Of a stretch of 64,000 nucleotides of DNA, positions 51,613 to 64,000 are shown piece after piece. Both the position numbers and the translations under genes were made by a program. Within the stretch, counting starts at the first letter, position 1. Each line of letters begins with the position of its first letter. The DNA comes from Octopus sinensis (lineage: Eukaryota): positions 6,324,001-6,388,000 of the forward strand of contig NC_043003.1 of the NCBI RefSeq assembly GCF_006345805.1. The letters run 5' to 3'. The notes beneath the pieces are model-generated. The model made no database searches and was not told the origin of the DNA. It saw nothing but the letters and a program-made list of their open reading frames with translations.

Positions 51613-53139
51613 TCACCTCCACTTTTGGTGTGCTTAAGAAGAGCCATTCAGTTAGATAACGCTGAGACCATAAAGGTATGTTGTTTAAGTCCACCCGTTG
51701 CACACAATCAGTCCCCCCACAAATCACTTTCCCACAACCTATTTTCCCATCCCTCCACCTGGGTTCACCACTTGCTGAATTCCCGTCCCCTCTAGCTTCC
51801 ACTCTCCCTTCACACCCTTCTTGCAAACACGTCTGCACACAATGTGTTCCTGTTGAATCTCTTCCCTCCCCAGATCCTCCTAACAACCCCCCTCCCTCAC
51901 TACATCCTCTCCCCTCCCATCCATCTCCCACTCACCCTACCCAATCCTTGGTTCCACTTCACTTGAGTGTACCCCACTCCCATCACATTTCCACCACCTT
52001 CCCTCTTTCTTTTTCCTATCTCCTACTGCTGTAGCTATGCATCCCCTCCTCAACTGCAACAAATCGGTTTCTTACCCCCTTTTCACACTCTCACCTTCAT
52101 CGATACTACTCCTCATTCAGTTGTAGGGTTCTGTCTTGCAAGTTATTTGGTGACATCACTGGTGCTGGTGCCACATACCAACCATCCAATACACTCTGTA
52201 AAGTGGTTGGCATAAGGAAGGGCGTCCAGTCATAGAAACCATGCCAAAACAGACAGCAAGAGTTTGGTGCAGTTTTTCTCACTTAGCAGCTGCAGTGAAA
52301 TTGTCCAACACATGCTAACACGGAAGAAGAACATGAAATAACGATGATGATGTATTAAGTCATAAACCCTACCCATCTCTCTCTCTCTCGTTACATTAGC
52401 AATGATGGGTGAAGTTGATAAGGATTAGGTCAGAGAAGAGAAAACTACAGCTGACTACACACACACAGCCAAGAGATAGTATGGTGAACGCAGCCTTTAG
52501 GCTCTATTCCTCATACTATCTCTTCTCCTACTATGGCCAGATAACAAGAGAAAATCCTCTGCCTTTCAAAGGAAGATGGCAGAGCAATTTTCACAAAAGA
52601 TTCACTTAACACCCAGGTCCAGAGTTATATCCAACACATAACAATTACTTGACATAATCCACCTGTCTCTAATCTAAAGACACTGAATGAATGCAGAGAA
52701 TGGTTTTGTCACTTACACTATGTGTCAGACATGATCAGTTGTTTAAACTACCTTTCTACCATGCCTATAGAAATATTTGAGTATTTAAACTATCACTGTA
52801 CCAAGTCTATAAAACTAATATACCCGACTAACAGCAATCACTCCACCTTCCAGCAGTGTCGTCAGACAACTGAATGTCATTCATAATCTCTGAACAGAAA
52901 ATCTTTTTTTTTTTTTTTTTTTTTAAAAACTTGTTACAAGTATTTTCAACGAGGTTTAGGGTCTCTAATCCCAAGGAAAGGCATTGTTGTTTCACACATT
53001 CTGCAATAACACTCAATAGAATATAAGGCTGAGTGTTCAACTGTATTACTCATCTGTATTATTATTAATTCAACTGTATTACTCAGAATACAGTTGTGAA
53101 CACCTGTTAACACTTATGCCAAAACCTCTTTCATCTGTA

Positions 53140-53163
53140 GCAGCAGTGGTGGTGGTCATGGTG

Positions 53164-53199
<36 letters not shown>

Positions 53200-53208
53200 G
53201 TAATAGTA

Positions 53209-53240
<32 letters not shown>

Positions 53241-53318
53241 TTAGTAGTAGTAGGGGTAGCAGCAGCGGTGGTGGTGGTAGTAGTGGTAGTAGTAGTAGTG
53301 GCAGCAGCAGCAGTGGTG

Positions 53319-53368
<50 letters not shown>

Positions 53369-53393
53369 GTTGGTAGTAGTAGTAGTAGTAGTA

Positions 53394-53439
<46 letters not shown>

Positions 53440-53460
53440 AGTAGTAGTAGTAGTAGTAGT
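53140..53460. repeat. Compound (GGT)n/(AGT)n/(AGC)n microsatellite
   Basis: Directly visible; similar tracts at 57790-57875 and many (CA)n/(TA)n runs throughout. Confidence 0.95.
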
Positions 53461-53731
53461 ATCAACATGACTACTTCAAATACTGCTATTAACAATCTCA
53501 CCAAAAATCCCTGCTACCCTCCACTCCTGCTACAACCACTAACACCACAACCATCACCATCTTCACAAACAGTACCACCAATACCACTGCCGCTCCCATG
53601 ATCGCCAGCAACACCACCACCACCACCACCACCACTGCAATCAGGTCTAAGAGTGGAAGGAAATGACAAAATCAAGACAAAGGGTTCCTCACTAATTCCT
53701 CAACACCCAAAACCACCACCACCACCATTAC

Positions 53732-53772
<41 letters not shown>

Positions 53773-54253
53773 AGGCAGGCTCTAAATGACTACTACCTCA
53801 GTTAAATCATACTACTGTCTTAAGAAATTACGTTGGATAATATAGTAAAAAAAATGAGATGGTCCTGGTTGGAATGTCTTTGATCAAAAGTCTGTTTGAT
53901 GAGCCCTAAGGCTTAACAAGTCAACAAGACTGTTCTTCAAAACCCATCACCACTATACCACCCCCACCATCATCCTCCCATCACCACCACCACCAGGCAG
54001 TCAGGAAATAACACTACCTCATTATCACCATCACACACACACACACCCATCTCACACCTCACCAGCATCCTATATTACAAGGTGAGGGTGGGGATGGGGG
54101 GGTGTTTCTATGTCAATAAACCATTTGTTGATAACCTTTCAACAAGCACATATCATGTGTAAAACATACACACACACAGAGGCACACCAGACACACAGGC
54201 GCGCACACACATCTGTCTGTTGTCTGTCTGTCTATATAAGGTGCCTCCACTCT

Positions 54254-54449
54254 CCGGAAGTGTTACCCCAGACAAACGTGCAGCAATGTGCAGTTACCCT
54301 AACACTAAACCAATTCTCCCACTGGACTTCAAAATGTTACCCCGGAAGTTTCTGTTGCCCAGAAGTTTTGACTTATTTCGTTTTGTTAGATGGAAGTTCA
54401 GTGAAGATAGAAATCGAAAACAAAATTAGGGTCCTAGGGTTCCGGAAAT
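54254..54449. promoter_or_regulatory. Cluster of three ETS-type motifs
   Basis: CCGGAAGT at 54254 and 54342, CCGGAAAT at 54442, CCAAT at ~54310 and ~54490, in non-repeat sequence. Confidence 0.25.
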
Positions 54450-55186
54450 GCACTTTTAACACAGTTCCATGAATTCTTATATAACACAGCCAATACTGAC
54501 TGCATCTGTGCGTAATTGCTATCCGCATACATATTTATGTAGATCTATGTACACCTCTCTCTCTCTCTCTCAGTATATACATATGTGTGCGAGGGAGAGA
54601 GAGTGGAGGGGTAAGAAGAAGTTGGAAAGAATCATTTAACACAACCCCTCCCCCAACCGTCTATCACCACCACCCCCCATTCTCAACACAGAATCCACCC
54701 CAGTTTTCCCCTGCTGTTGTTTTAACACCAGCTGTTATTATTAGAAAGGTTTTAAGATATAATATTTATTCCATGAATTTCTTTCTTCTTGGATGGCACA
54801 GTTAGGGAAATTGTAGAGTGGAGTCCGTGGGACAGTAAATGTGACATTGGTAATTTCATATTAGACTCCAAGGCAGATGCCGCAAGTTCAATTGAAGCCG
54901 GTTCTTTGGACATCAACAGCTGGGATGAGTTTAAGAAACAGGGAGGAAGAGAACCAACGTTAAAATGGGGAAACGTTTTCTGATTGCAGCCAAAAGAGAA
55001 AAATCAGCAAATCTAAAAGACACGACCATTCTACACATCTTGGAAACGGTCTTAGAAGCTCAACATGGATCCCCAGCAATAAGATTGGGTTGGGGAGTGA
55101 GGTGGGTTGGTTGGTTGTGTTAAATAGTTCTTTCCAAACCCTCTTGTTGTCCACACCACTCTCTCTCCCTCCCTCCCTCACTCACT

Positions 55187-55217
<31 letters not shown>

Positions 55218-57815
55218 CATCATCATCATCGTTTAACGTCCGTTCTCCATGCTAGCATGGGTTGGACGGTTCGACCGGGGATCTGGGAAGCCAGAAGGCT
55301 GCACCAGGCTCCAGTCTTATCTGGCAATGTTTCAACAGCTGGATGCCTTTCCTAATGCCAACCACTCCGTGAGTGTAGTGGGTGCTTTTTACGTGCCACC
55401 CGCACAGGTGCCAGGCGAGGCTGGCAACGGCCACGGTCGGATTGGTGCATTTTACGTGCCACCGGCACGGGGGCCAGGCGAGGCTGGCAACGGCCACGAA
55501 CGGATGGTGCCTTTACGTGCCACCGGCACGGAGGCCAGGCGAGGCTGGCAACGGCCACGAATGGATGGTGCTACATGTCACCGGCACAGGGGCCAGGCGA
55601 GGCTGGCAACGGACACGAACGGATGAGAAAGAGAGATAGAGAGAGAGATGCATATACCCCTTACACACAGATGCAGTAGGTATAAGAATTCATGAAAATA
55701 TTATTCTAACCCTTTAGTGTTCAGATTACTCTGTTAAATGTAATACTTTTTCACTCAAATTGTTTCGAATTAATCCTGGATTATCTTACAGCTTTGAGGT
55801 TTCAATGATGTGATTATTTATTTTTAGAATGGCATTGTAGGTTAGGTGTGAGAAGCTAGATATCGCCAGTTTGAATATAAAACATGTAGAATATATTGGA
55901 CCGGATTTGGCCAGTTTAAACACTAAAGGGTTAAAATACATTTCCAGAACAGAACCATATTTTCTCTTTGAGTTCTATCTTCACTGAACTCTGAGAACCA
56001 TTACAAATGCTGCATTCAACAATTTTTCTCAAAGCTATACCACACACACACACACAGAGCAATATACACATATACATACAATCACATAGAGATTCCTGCC
56101 TAACAGCTTAACCATATTGTTGCTAATAACATCAAAAGCAAGTGAAACAGAGTTTATTTAACAAGAGATCTCTCATAACATCACCTGAGGAGACACTTCT
56201 ACATGAAGGGATGCAGCACAAACAGTTGTACAGTATCCTACCTGTGAGAGATCAATGCAGGAGGCATCAAAACGACCGTTGTGAGCAATAAATCTTCTCA
56301 GGTATTCCATTTTCCACCACTATCATTTGTTAGATATATATATGATAAATAATATTAGGGTAATAAGAATTATAGAAATTATTATGAAATTAGTATGATA
56401 GGTACAGGTGTGTTGCTACAGAAGGGATACCTGATTGCACCCTACATTATATAAGGATAGGTAAGAGGAACGGAGCATATTCTTAAAGTATCTTGCCTCT
56501 TACTTCCTGGTTAAAGCCACCTCCCTCTTAACCTTTGACCTCAGAAAATCAAGGTCTTGCAAATTACTTGGTGACCTCATTAGTGCTGGTGCCACAGTAA
56601 AAAAAGCACTCACTACACTCTGGGAAGTGGTGGTCATTAGGAAGGGCATCCAGCCTTAGAAAGCATGTCAAAACAAATGTGATCCCTCAGCTCATCGGAT
56701 CCTGTCAAAAAATCCAGCCCATCCTACCTTAAAAGAGAGACATTAAATGATAATGATTATGCAGGAGTGACTGTGTGGTAAGTAGCTTGCTTACGAACCA
56801 CATGGTCCCAGGTTCAGTCCTACTGCGTGGCACCTTGGGCAAGTGTCTTCTACTATAGCCTCGGGCCGACCAAAGCCTTGTGAGTGGATTTGGTAGACGG
56901 AAACTGAAAGAAGCCCATCGTAGATGCGTATATATATGTATATGTATGTAGAATATATATGTGTGTGTGTGTGTGTGTATGTATGTGTGTGTATATGTTT
57001 GTGTGTCTGTGTTTGTCCCCCCCAACATCACTTGACAACCGATGGTGGTGTGTTTAGGTCCTCGTAACTTAGTGGTTCAGCAAAAGAGACTCGATAGAAT
57101 AAGTACAAAGAATAAGTCTTGGGGTCGATTTGCTCAACTAAAAAGGCAGTGCTTCAGCATGGCCACAGTCAAATGACTGAAAAGAGTAAAAGAGTATGTA
57201 CATACACACACACACACACACACATACACACACACTTGATTAGATATTTCGCAGTGTCCTTCTCCCAAAATTTCATTCACAAATCATTGGTTGCTTGATG
57301 TTGTAGTAGGAGGCACTCACCCAAGGTGCCATGCCATGGGATTGAACTCAGAAAACATGTAGCTGAAAAGTGATATTTAACCACCCTGGACATACCCTGT
57401 TGTTTTGCTCTGCCCCCACCTTCAGTTTCAGTCAGACACTCCGTAGTTTCCTAAGACACACCCAACACACATTAACCAGCGACAGAATCAAAACAAGATG
57501 TATCCTGGCGGGGTATTTCAAACAGCAATTAACCAGTCGGGTGTCAGCCGAGGTATGCGAGTTAACACTGATGTCAGAGCTATCCACCGTTAATTCAATA
57601 GGCTAGCAGCATTTGGAATTGGTTTCAGATGGGAACAGAGATGCTGAAACAATGATGTCATAGCTATCCACCCTTAATTAGTGACTAGGGTACTTAGAAT
57701 TGTTCTGCTCTTCCTCATCTCTTCTCATTGTTGCAGATAATTAAAACATCACCACCTCTTCTAATATTACAAATAGGACACTGCCATCACCACCACCACC
57801 ACCACCACCACCACC

Positions 57816-57876
<61 letters not shown>

Positions 57877-58224
57877 GAACCAGTACTTATAGCATGAGAT
57901 GGGTAGGGTTAGTCCATTGTAATATGGATGAGGGTAAGGTGAAAAGGTTAACTGAATCACCATCAAAAAGATGTGATTACGCAACGTATTTATTAGTCAC
58001 GTGTGTGTGTGTGTATAAAAAAATTATCTACACACATACAGGCATAAATAAAAGTATAGACAAAGTAATATATACACACACTTAAATACATGCATAAATA
58101 CACACATTTAGTACTACATGTAGACATGTGCCAATGTGTATATATACATATTATCTACCTCTGTGTGTGTGTGTGTACACACACACAAGCATACATGTAC
58201 ATACACACACATACATACTCTCAG

Positions 58225-59893
58225 AAAGTCCTTAAAAAAATGTATGCACCCTTAAATTTCTGTTTTGATATAACCCCTTTGAAATAAAGAAGGGAGCCAA
58301 ACTAAGCTTTGAACAAAGGAAATTGACCCTAACTTGCTTCTCTGGAAGTCTGAAAATGCAGTTAAAGTGCAAAGACAGTTTAGGAGGGAGTTTCAAACAG
58401 ATCTGCCGTGGTTTACCATTATTTGAATAAGAAATTAGTCTGAAGCAGCACAATGCCCACAAGAAATGTTCCAAATGACCCTGGACATCAATGGAACCTA
58501 CCCACCCACCCCACTCCCAAAGCAAGACAAGAAAGGTACTAGAAATGTACTGCCAGAGTTCAAGAAAATCTGGGAAGCAAGTCACGAGATAGGAATTTGA
58601 GAATCAAGTGTCCATCACATTTTGAAGCATTGTCATTGGAAAAGATGCATTCCAAGACAAATCCATTCTTTCAATGAAGACGATTCGAACCGAAGAATGG
58701 ATTTTTGCGAGTGCTACTTGGCTAGATAAAGAGAAGATGCACAGTTTCCAACAAACATTGTTTGGGATGATGAGTCTACACCAAAATTAAATTAACTGAA
58801 AGAATCATCTCTACTGAGGACCTGAGAATTCGTATAACACAGAAGAACATCATGTTAATTTACCAGGAGTCACAGTAAGATGTGGTCCATCATCAAAACC
58901 ATTCATTGGACCATTCCTTTTTGGTGGTACTGTAACCAGTCTCATTTACTTGAACTTACTTCAACAATCTGTCATGCTAAGCATTCAAGAGGACTTTGAT
59001 GTTTTAGAGTTTTATTTCCAGCAAGATTGGGGCACCCTCGCACTACCATAGTAATGCAGGGCCTATCTTCATGAAGTGGATTGGATGAAGAGGTTCAAGA
59101 GAATCAACTCCACATTCACTGGACTGCATACCAATCGTCTCTTTTATGAGGATACTTAAAAGATAAATAGAAATATTAAAATTACTAAGTCTCTCTAAAG
59201 GAGATTACGGCAGCATTACTGGATATTAATAGTTATCGCCAAACTAATATGGCAGTCCATAAATATAAGACTAAAGCTGTCGCTGATTAGCTCCAAGAGG
59301 CCATCGCCTCTAGCTGGCTATATGACACATGAACCTGCGCCCATTACAACCTTCGAACAGGGGAGGTCAGCCGCTTCACCTTGCTGGTCAGACACCTGCA
59401 GACATGTTTCAGGGTTGTTGCCCTTTATCAATGCAGTGTAGTCAGACCCAGCAGGTGTCGCTACCAACCGTGTGTTCGAAGGTTGTAATGGACGCAGGTT
59501 CGTGTGTCATATAGCTAGCTAGAGGCGATGGCCTCTTGGAGCTAATCAGCGACAGCTTTAGTCTTATATTTATGGACTGCCATATTAGTTTGGCAATAAC
59601 TATTAATATTAAAAGATAAAGTTTAGGGTACAAAACTGGAGGCAGTCATCGAATTAAGAGCAGCCATTGAATGTGCACAAATTCTGAACAAAATGTGTCC
59701 TTGATGTCTGTGATACCATTGTTTCACACTATCTGTAGTCCCTGGACCAGAATGGGCATCAGTTTGAAAAGAGGCATTCTTGAAAACACTAAATTCTGTC
59801 TGTAGATTCTATTAAACTTTGAAAATGAAATGCATTTTAATGAACACTGACTTCATAATCATTCAATGGTGTGAAGACATTTTCTTGGGACAT
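58225..59893 (+). mobile_element. Decayed IS630/Tc1/mariner-superfamily DNA transposon
   Basis: Remnants IVWDDE (~58757), FYFQQD (~59011), GYLKDK|V, CLDQNGHQFE; degenerate TIRs gtccttaaaaaaatgt (58228) and acattttcttgggac (59877). Confidence 0.7.
59168..59620. mobile_element. Fold-back insertion (arms 59223-~59350 and ~59475-59609) inside the Tc1-like transposase
   Basis: Near-perfect ~130-bp inverted arms; 12-bp direct repeat TTAAAAGATAAA at 59156-59167 and 59609-59620; removing the insert restores GYLKDKV. Confidence 0.75.
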
Positions 59894-60238
59894 CATCATC
59901 ATCATTTAACATTTGCTTTTGATGCTGCCATTGGTTGACTGGTTTGTCAGGAGCTGGAAAGTCAGAAGACAGCGCCAAGCTCTACTGCCTGCTTTGATAT
60001 GGTTTTATGGTTTCCATGGCTGGATGCTCTTCCTCTCTCACACACACTCACACACAGATAGGGTGCATGAGGTATATCTACACACATCATATACACACAT
60101 TGTCTATTATGCTAATGAAGGATTAAACCTTTAAAAGGAGATGATGATGATGTCTTATTAGTGTGTGTGTGTGTGTATATTTCTATAAATGTATGTGTGT
60201 CTGAGTTAAGTTTCCAGTTTTAAAGGTTACTGAAATTA

Positions 60239-61713
60239 AACTTTATATTTGGATATGGCATTTAATGAACCCAAACATTATTATCCTTTACTCTGTGGGA
60301 CCAATTCCATATTCTTTATGAGAGGCTGTTATTATTGCACACAACTTATCAACCGTCGACATATCTGATGTCAAACTTCTGTCATATTGGATAGGACATC
60401 TCTATACTCAACTGTTGACCTGTCTGATGTCAAAGTTCTGCCATATCAAGTTTTCTAGTCAAAACTTAATGTACAAAAGGGATTTTTGGAAACTCCATTT
60501 GAAACCACATCAACTCTTATGAACCCTTCCTATCTCTTTAACATCTGACAAGGCAGTGAGTCAGGGATTAGGGTTTTTCTTCCTCATCACTTACAATTCA
60601 AATGTCCAACTGGGGTCATTGTCTTCTCAATTGAATGGAATGAAAGACTATTTCTATTTGCAAAGATTTTGGTAAAACCTTCGGTGAATCTGGGATGAGG
60701 GGTGGGGGTTGCTTGGTGAGCATAATACAAAGTAGATGTAGTGGGTCCAATTCCAGAAAATAAGGGTAACCAAGCATGAGGGTGATGGTCTTGGTGATGA
60801 TGGAGATGGTAGAGCTGCTACCAGACAGTATTGGTAGCCTTTTGTACATTGCAAAACTGGACAGTATATATATGTATATGTATATATGTATACAATTTGT
60901 CATGTGTGTGTCTATATTTAAGTGTGTCTATTTCTCTCGGAAGACGAGAGTGAAAGGAATTGCAACAGGCATGTTTATCTCCAGTCTCGAGCTAATCAAC
61001 CTTTTCGTTTTCCACATGAAACGGAAAATAAGGCTGGAGAAGAAATGCCTGTCGCAAAGTGTGTTTCGTAAAAGATAGAGGTCTATAGCAAGTATGTTGC
61101 GAGTGAAAGAACCTGTTTAATCGAGAATGTAAAAAAGGAGAAAGCAAAGTCTTCAGTGTGAGTCTGTGGTTTGTGGGGTCGACCGTGTCCTCCGCTTCAT
61201 TTTTTGTTAATCACTCATTCTCATTTAATTGTATATATTTTAATTGTTTGTTTATTCATACGTTTCGTCTCATTCGATACCCTGACCCCAATGTTTGTTT
61301 TGTCTGTCCTCGTATCGTCCCCTCTTTTTCCTCAACCTTATGGTGAATAAAGAAATTCTCTCTCTCTCTCTCTTTCTCTCACTAACTAAGCATGGAGACA
61401 TGGACATAAAGCTGATGATAATGATATTGATGATGATGATTAAAAGAAAATATGTGTCTTTATTTGGAATAAATATTTTGGAGGGACACCAAGTTAGGAG
61501 GGTTGGGTTGTGTGTTAAGCAGTTGAATCCCATTTTCATGCGAAAAGGGGACATGTTTTGATTGAATTTCTTGTGGGCTTCATCTTTTGTGAGGGTCTTT
61601 GTCTGATGTTGTGGTTATGAAACCCCGACCCCTCCTGTGACTATTTGCATTTCTTTCTCTTCGTTGATATTGTTGAATCAAGCTGGGCTTGTCACTTTAG
61701 TGCTCACACACAT

Positions 61714-61750
<37 letters not shown>

Positions 61751-62278
61751 CACACACATACACGCGCATGCACACACACACACATAAACAGCGGTTAGAC
61801 ATGTAACGTGTTTCAACCATTCTAAGCCTTCCACTGTTACCCAGCCCTGGTAAATGGAGATTTATCATGTTGAATTGACTTTCATTTCATTTTTCATTTC
61901 ATCTAGTTTCAGCTCACGAGCTGTGGCCATGCTGAAACCCTAATCCCAGACTCACGGCCTTGTCAGATGCTAAAGAGACAGGAAGGGTTCATAAGAGTTG
62001 ATGGAGATGTGGTTTCAAATGGAGTTTCCAAAAATCCCTTTTGTACATTAAGTTTTGACTAGAAAACTTGATATGACAGAACTTTGACATCAGACAGGTC
62101 AACAGCTGAACATAGAGAAGTCCTGTCCAATATGACAGAAGTTTGACATCAGATATGTCGACGGTTGATAAGTTGTGTGCAATAATAACAGCCTCTCATA
62201 AAGAATATGGAATTGGTCCCACAGAGTAAAGGAAAGCAATGCTTGGGTTCATTAAATGCCTTATCCAAATATAAAGTT
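60239..62278. mobile_element. ~2-kb element bounded by ~340-bp inverted repeats
   Basis: 60239-60576 is the reverse complement of 61935-62278 with few differences; each arm has two ~24-bp subrepeats (tctgatgtcaaa.ttctg.catat); no TSD seen. Confidence 0.65.
60935..61380 (+). mobile_element. Tx1-type LINE 3' fragment nested within the inverted-repeat element
   Basis: TRVKG...LINLFVFHMKRKIRLEK...FRKR aligns by eye with TRLKG...LINFFKFHLKRKMRVER...FIERW at ~23110-23260; AATAAA at ~61349 and (CT)n tail. Confidence 0.65.
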
Positions 62279-62341
62279 GAGAAACAGAATGGCTGGAGAG
62301 CAGAGGTCCATGGTTCAAGTTCAGTTCTCAGATCAATGAAA

Positions 62342-63632
62342 TATGAGAGGTGTATGAAAAGTTTTGAGCCTAACCTAGAAATGGGGCTGAAACAATTTTT
62401 TCTGGTAAGTACAGTCTTTTTGGAGTATTCTTGCTCATTTTCATGATTCTGATATTTTAATGTTTTTTTGGTTGCAGATTTTTGAATAAACAAGTGTCGA
62501 GGCTACAAGGAAAATGGAGAAAACTGAGTACCGTGCTGTCATAAAGTATCTTCATTTGAAAGGCATGACTCCATCAGATATCCATGAAGATATGGTGAGA
62601 AGCTTAACAGACAATGCTCCTTCATATGCAACAGTCAAACGCTGGGTAAATGAATTCCAGCGTGGCAGGGAAAGTGTGGAAGATGATCCCAGACAAGAGA
62701 AACCTCCAACTGCAACCACTGAGGACAACCTTGGCATTGCTTTTGGTATGATAAGGCAAGATCGCCGAATATCATGTCACCAAATAGCCAAGAGACTGGG
62801 CATCTGAACTGAAAGAGCAGACAACATTGTGGACAAAAGAACTTGGGTTCTTAAAGGTTTCCACAAGGTGGATTCCTCACGTTTTGACTCCTGAGCAGAA
62901 ACACACCAGGTGCACTTTGTCAACAAGTAATCTGGAACTGTTTGAAGCCGATGAAGAGAATTTTCTTGCATGTTTTATCACTATGAACGAAATTTGGGCT
63001 CTTCACCACAAGCCTGAAACCAAAGAACAATCAAAGCAGTGGAAGCACATATCTTCGCCTACCCCAAAGAAGGTCAGGGTCATTCCTTCAGCTGGCAAGG
63101 TCATGGCATCTGTTTTTTGGGGATTCTCAACGTGTCTTGCTGATCGATTACCTTGCTAAGGGTCACACCGTGACAGGGCTGTATTATTCTCAGCTACTGA
63201 AATGCCTCCAAGAAGCAAAGAAAAAGCCAGGAATCCTCACCAGAGGAGTCCTTTTTCATCACGACAATGCTCCAGCCCACACCTCAGTGGTTCCCATGGC
63301 AATAGTTCGTGATTGTGGATATGAACTTGTTCCCCATCTGCTTTATTCACCAGTCTTAGCCCCCTCTGACTTTCATCTAATCCCAAAAATGAAAAAAGCC
63401 CTGGCTGCTCGCCATTTTGCCAGTGACAATGATGCCATAGACACTGTAGGAAGTTTCTTGGAGTCTCAAACAAAAGAGTTCTTCTACGCCGGGATAATGG
63501 CACTTCAGCACCGCTGGAGAAAGTGTTCAGCCATCGAAGGGGACAATGTTGAAAATTAAATCATCAGAAGTCTTGTATCAGGGTTTTTTTTGTTCTTTTT
63601 GAGGCTCAACACTTTTCATATACCCCCTTCAT
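62342..63632 (+). mobile_element. Full-length but inactivated mariner (DD34D) transposon
   Basis: TIRs TATGAGAGGTGTATGAAAAGTTTTGAGCCT and AGGCTCAACACTTTTCATATACCCCCTTCAT; ~1.29 kb; MEKTEYRAVIKYL..., RWIPHVLT, HHDNAPAH and YSPVLAPSDF motifs split over three ORFs (62514-63559). Confidence 0.93.
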
Positions 63633-64000
63633 TCAGACAAGATACACACACACACTCAAATATTATATACAAGTACTTTATGCTTTATGTATAACGTATT
63701 AGTCTTACAAACATATACATACATTCATATAAGGTGGCGAGCTGGCAGAAACGTTAGCACGCCAGGTGAAATGCATAGCAGTATTTTGTCTGCCGTTACG
63801 TTCTGGGTTCAAATTCACCACGGTCGACTTTGCCTTTCATCCTTTCGGGGTCGATAAATTAAGTACCAGTTATGCGCTAGGGTCAATGTAATCGACTTAA
63901 TCCGTTTGTCTGTCCTTGTTTGTCCCCTCTATGTGGGTAGTAAAGAAATATATACATACATTCATACACACAAGCAAGCAAGCATATACACATACATATA

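Larger units (their letters stand above)
118..56760. repeat. Dispersed RTE 3'-end family, ~27 copies of 0.1-0.6 kb
   Basis: Homologous to 21020-21620 and ending in (GAT)n. Approximate starts on -: 2851, 8723, 9888, 14125, 14715, 18941, 24918, 28365, 28730, 30975, 35118, 40730, 42785, 44555, 46425, 49442, 55215. On +: 118, 3480, 21020, 27230, 29310, 41635, 44815, 46180, 52125, 56560. Confidence 0.9.
991..57195. mobile_element. tRNA-headed SINE family B (~400 bp, internal microsatellite, ends ...gtcaaatgactgaaacaagtaaaagag)
   Basis: Near-full copies on + at 991-1388, 27534-27945, 56761-57195; partial copies on - near 22440-22620, 36300-36410, 42500-42720, 43250-43400. Confidence 0.85.
12487..63950. 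mobile_element. tRNA-headed SINE family A (~220 bp; ggcggcgagctggcagaaacgttagc...gagttcaaattccgccgagg...aaagaaat)
   Basis: A/B-box-like motifs. Copies on + at ~12487, 12928, 15942, 22115, 40207, 45052, 63730; on - at 5597-6045, 36015-36192, 48233-48640. Confidence 0.85.

Noticed and set aside
52826-52893. Possible 5' exon of the tetraspanin (ttttctgttcag|AGATTATG...)
   Set aside because: Weak donor, short closed ORF and no other support.
53241-53504. Poly-Leu/Tyr/His ORF
   Set aside because: Translation of a trinucleotide microsatellite.
59281-59310. Hammerhead in the 59.2-kb fold-back element (CTGATTAGCTCCAAGAG)
   Set aside because: The core has G8T and no GAAA follows.

Overview
AT-rich, microsatellite-dense animal genomic DNA. 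The SINE/RTE repeat set and (CAT)n/(TA)n content look like an Octopus genome; this is inference, with no database search. Two host genes are supportable and they converge. On + is the 1.1-kb terminal coding exon of FDXACB1 (1552-2659). On - is a complete 7-coding-exon, 250-aa CD151/TSPAN11-type tetraspanin (ATG 28102, stop 7326, all introns phase 0, GT-AG). No host coding exon was recognised beyond 28.1 kb. The rest is mostly transposon-derived: about 27 RTE-LINE 3'-end copies plus 4 RT-coding RTE fragments, CR1-type and Tx1-type LINE 3' ends, at least 4 tRNA-headed SINE types, a decayed mariner, a decayed Tc1-like element, TTAA MITEs, Helentron-like non-autonomous elements and several long palindromes. 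Most notable: three sequence-unrelated palindromic elements (4936-5254, 17514-17832, 38874-39259) each carry a minimal type I hammerhead-ribozyme motif of the kind known from Penelope-like retroelements, two with long structured stem II insertions. Also notable: a CCAAT/TATA/Inr/splice-donor cassette antisense within a tetraspanin intron, recurrent RFX X-boxes, a LINE tail overlapping the likely branch point of the last intron, and a 2-kb element with ~340-bp inverted arms. Repeat boundaries were placed by eye and are approximate.
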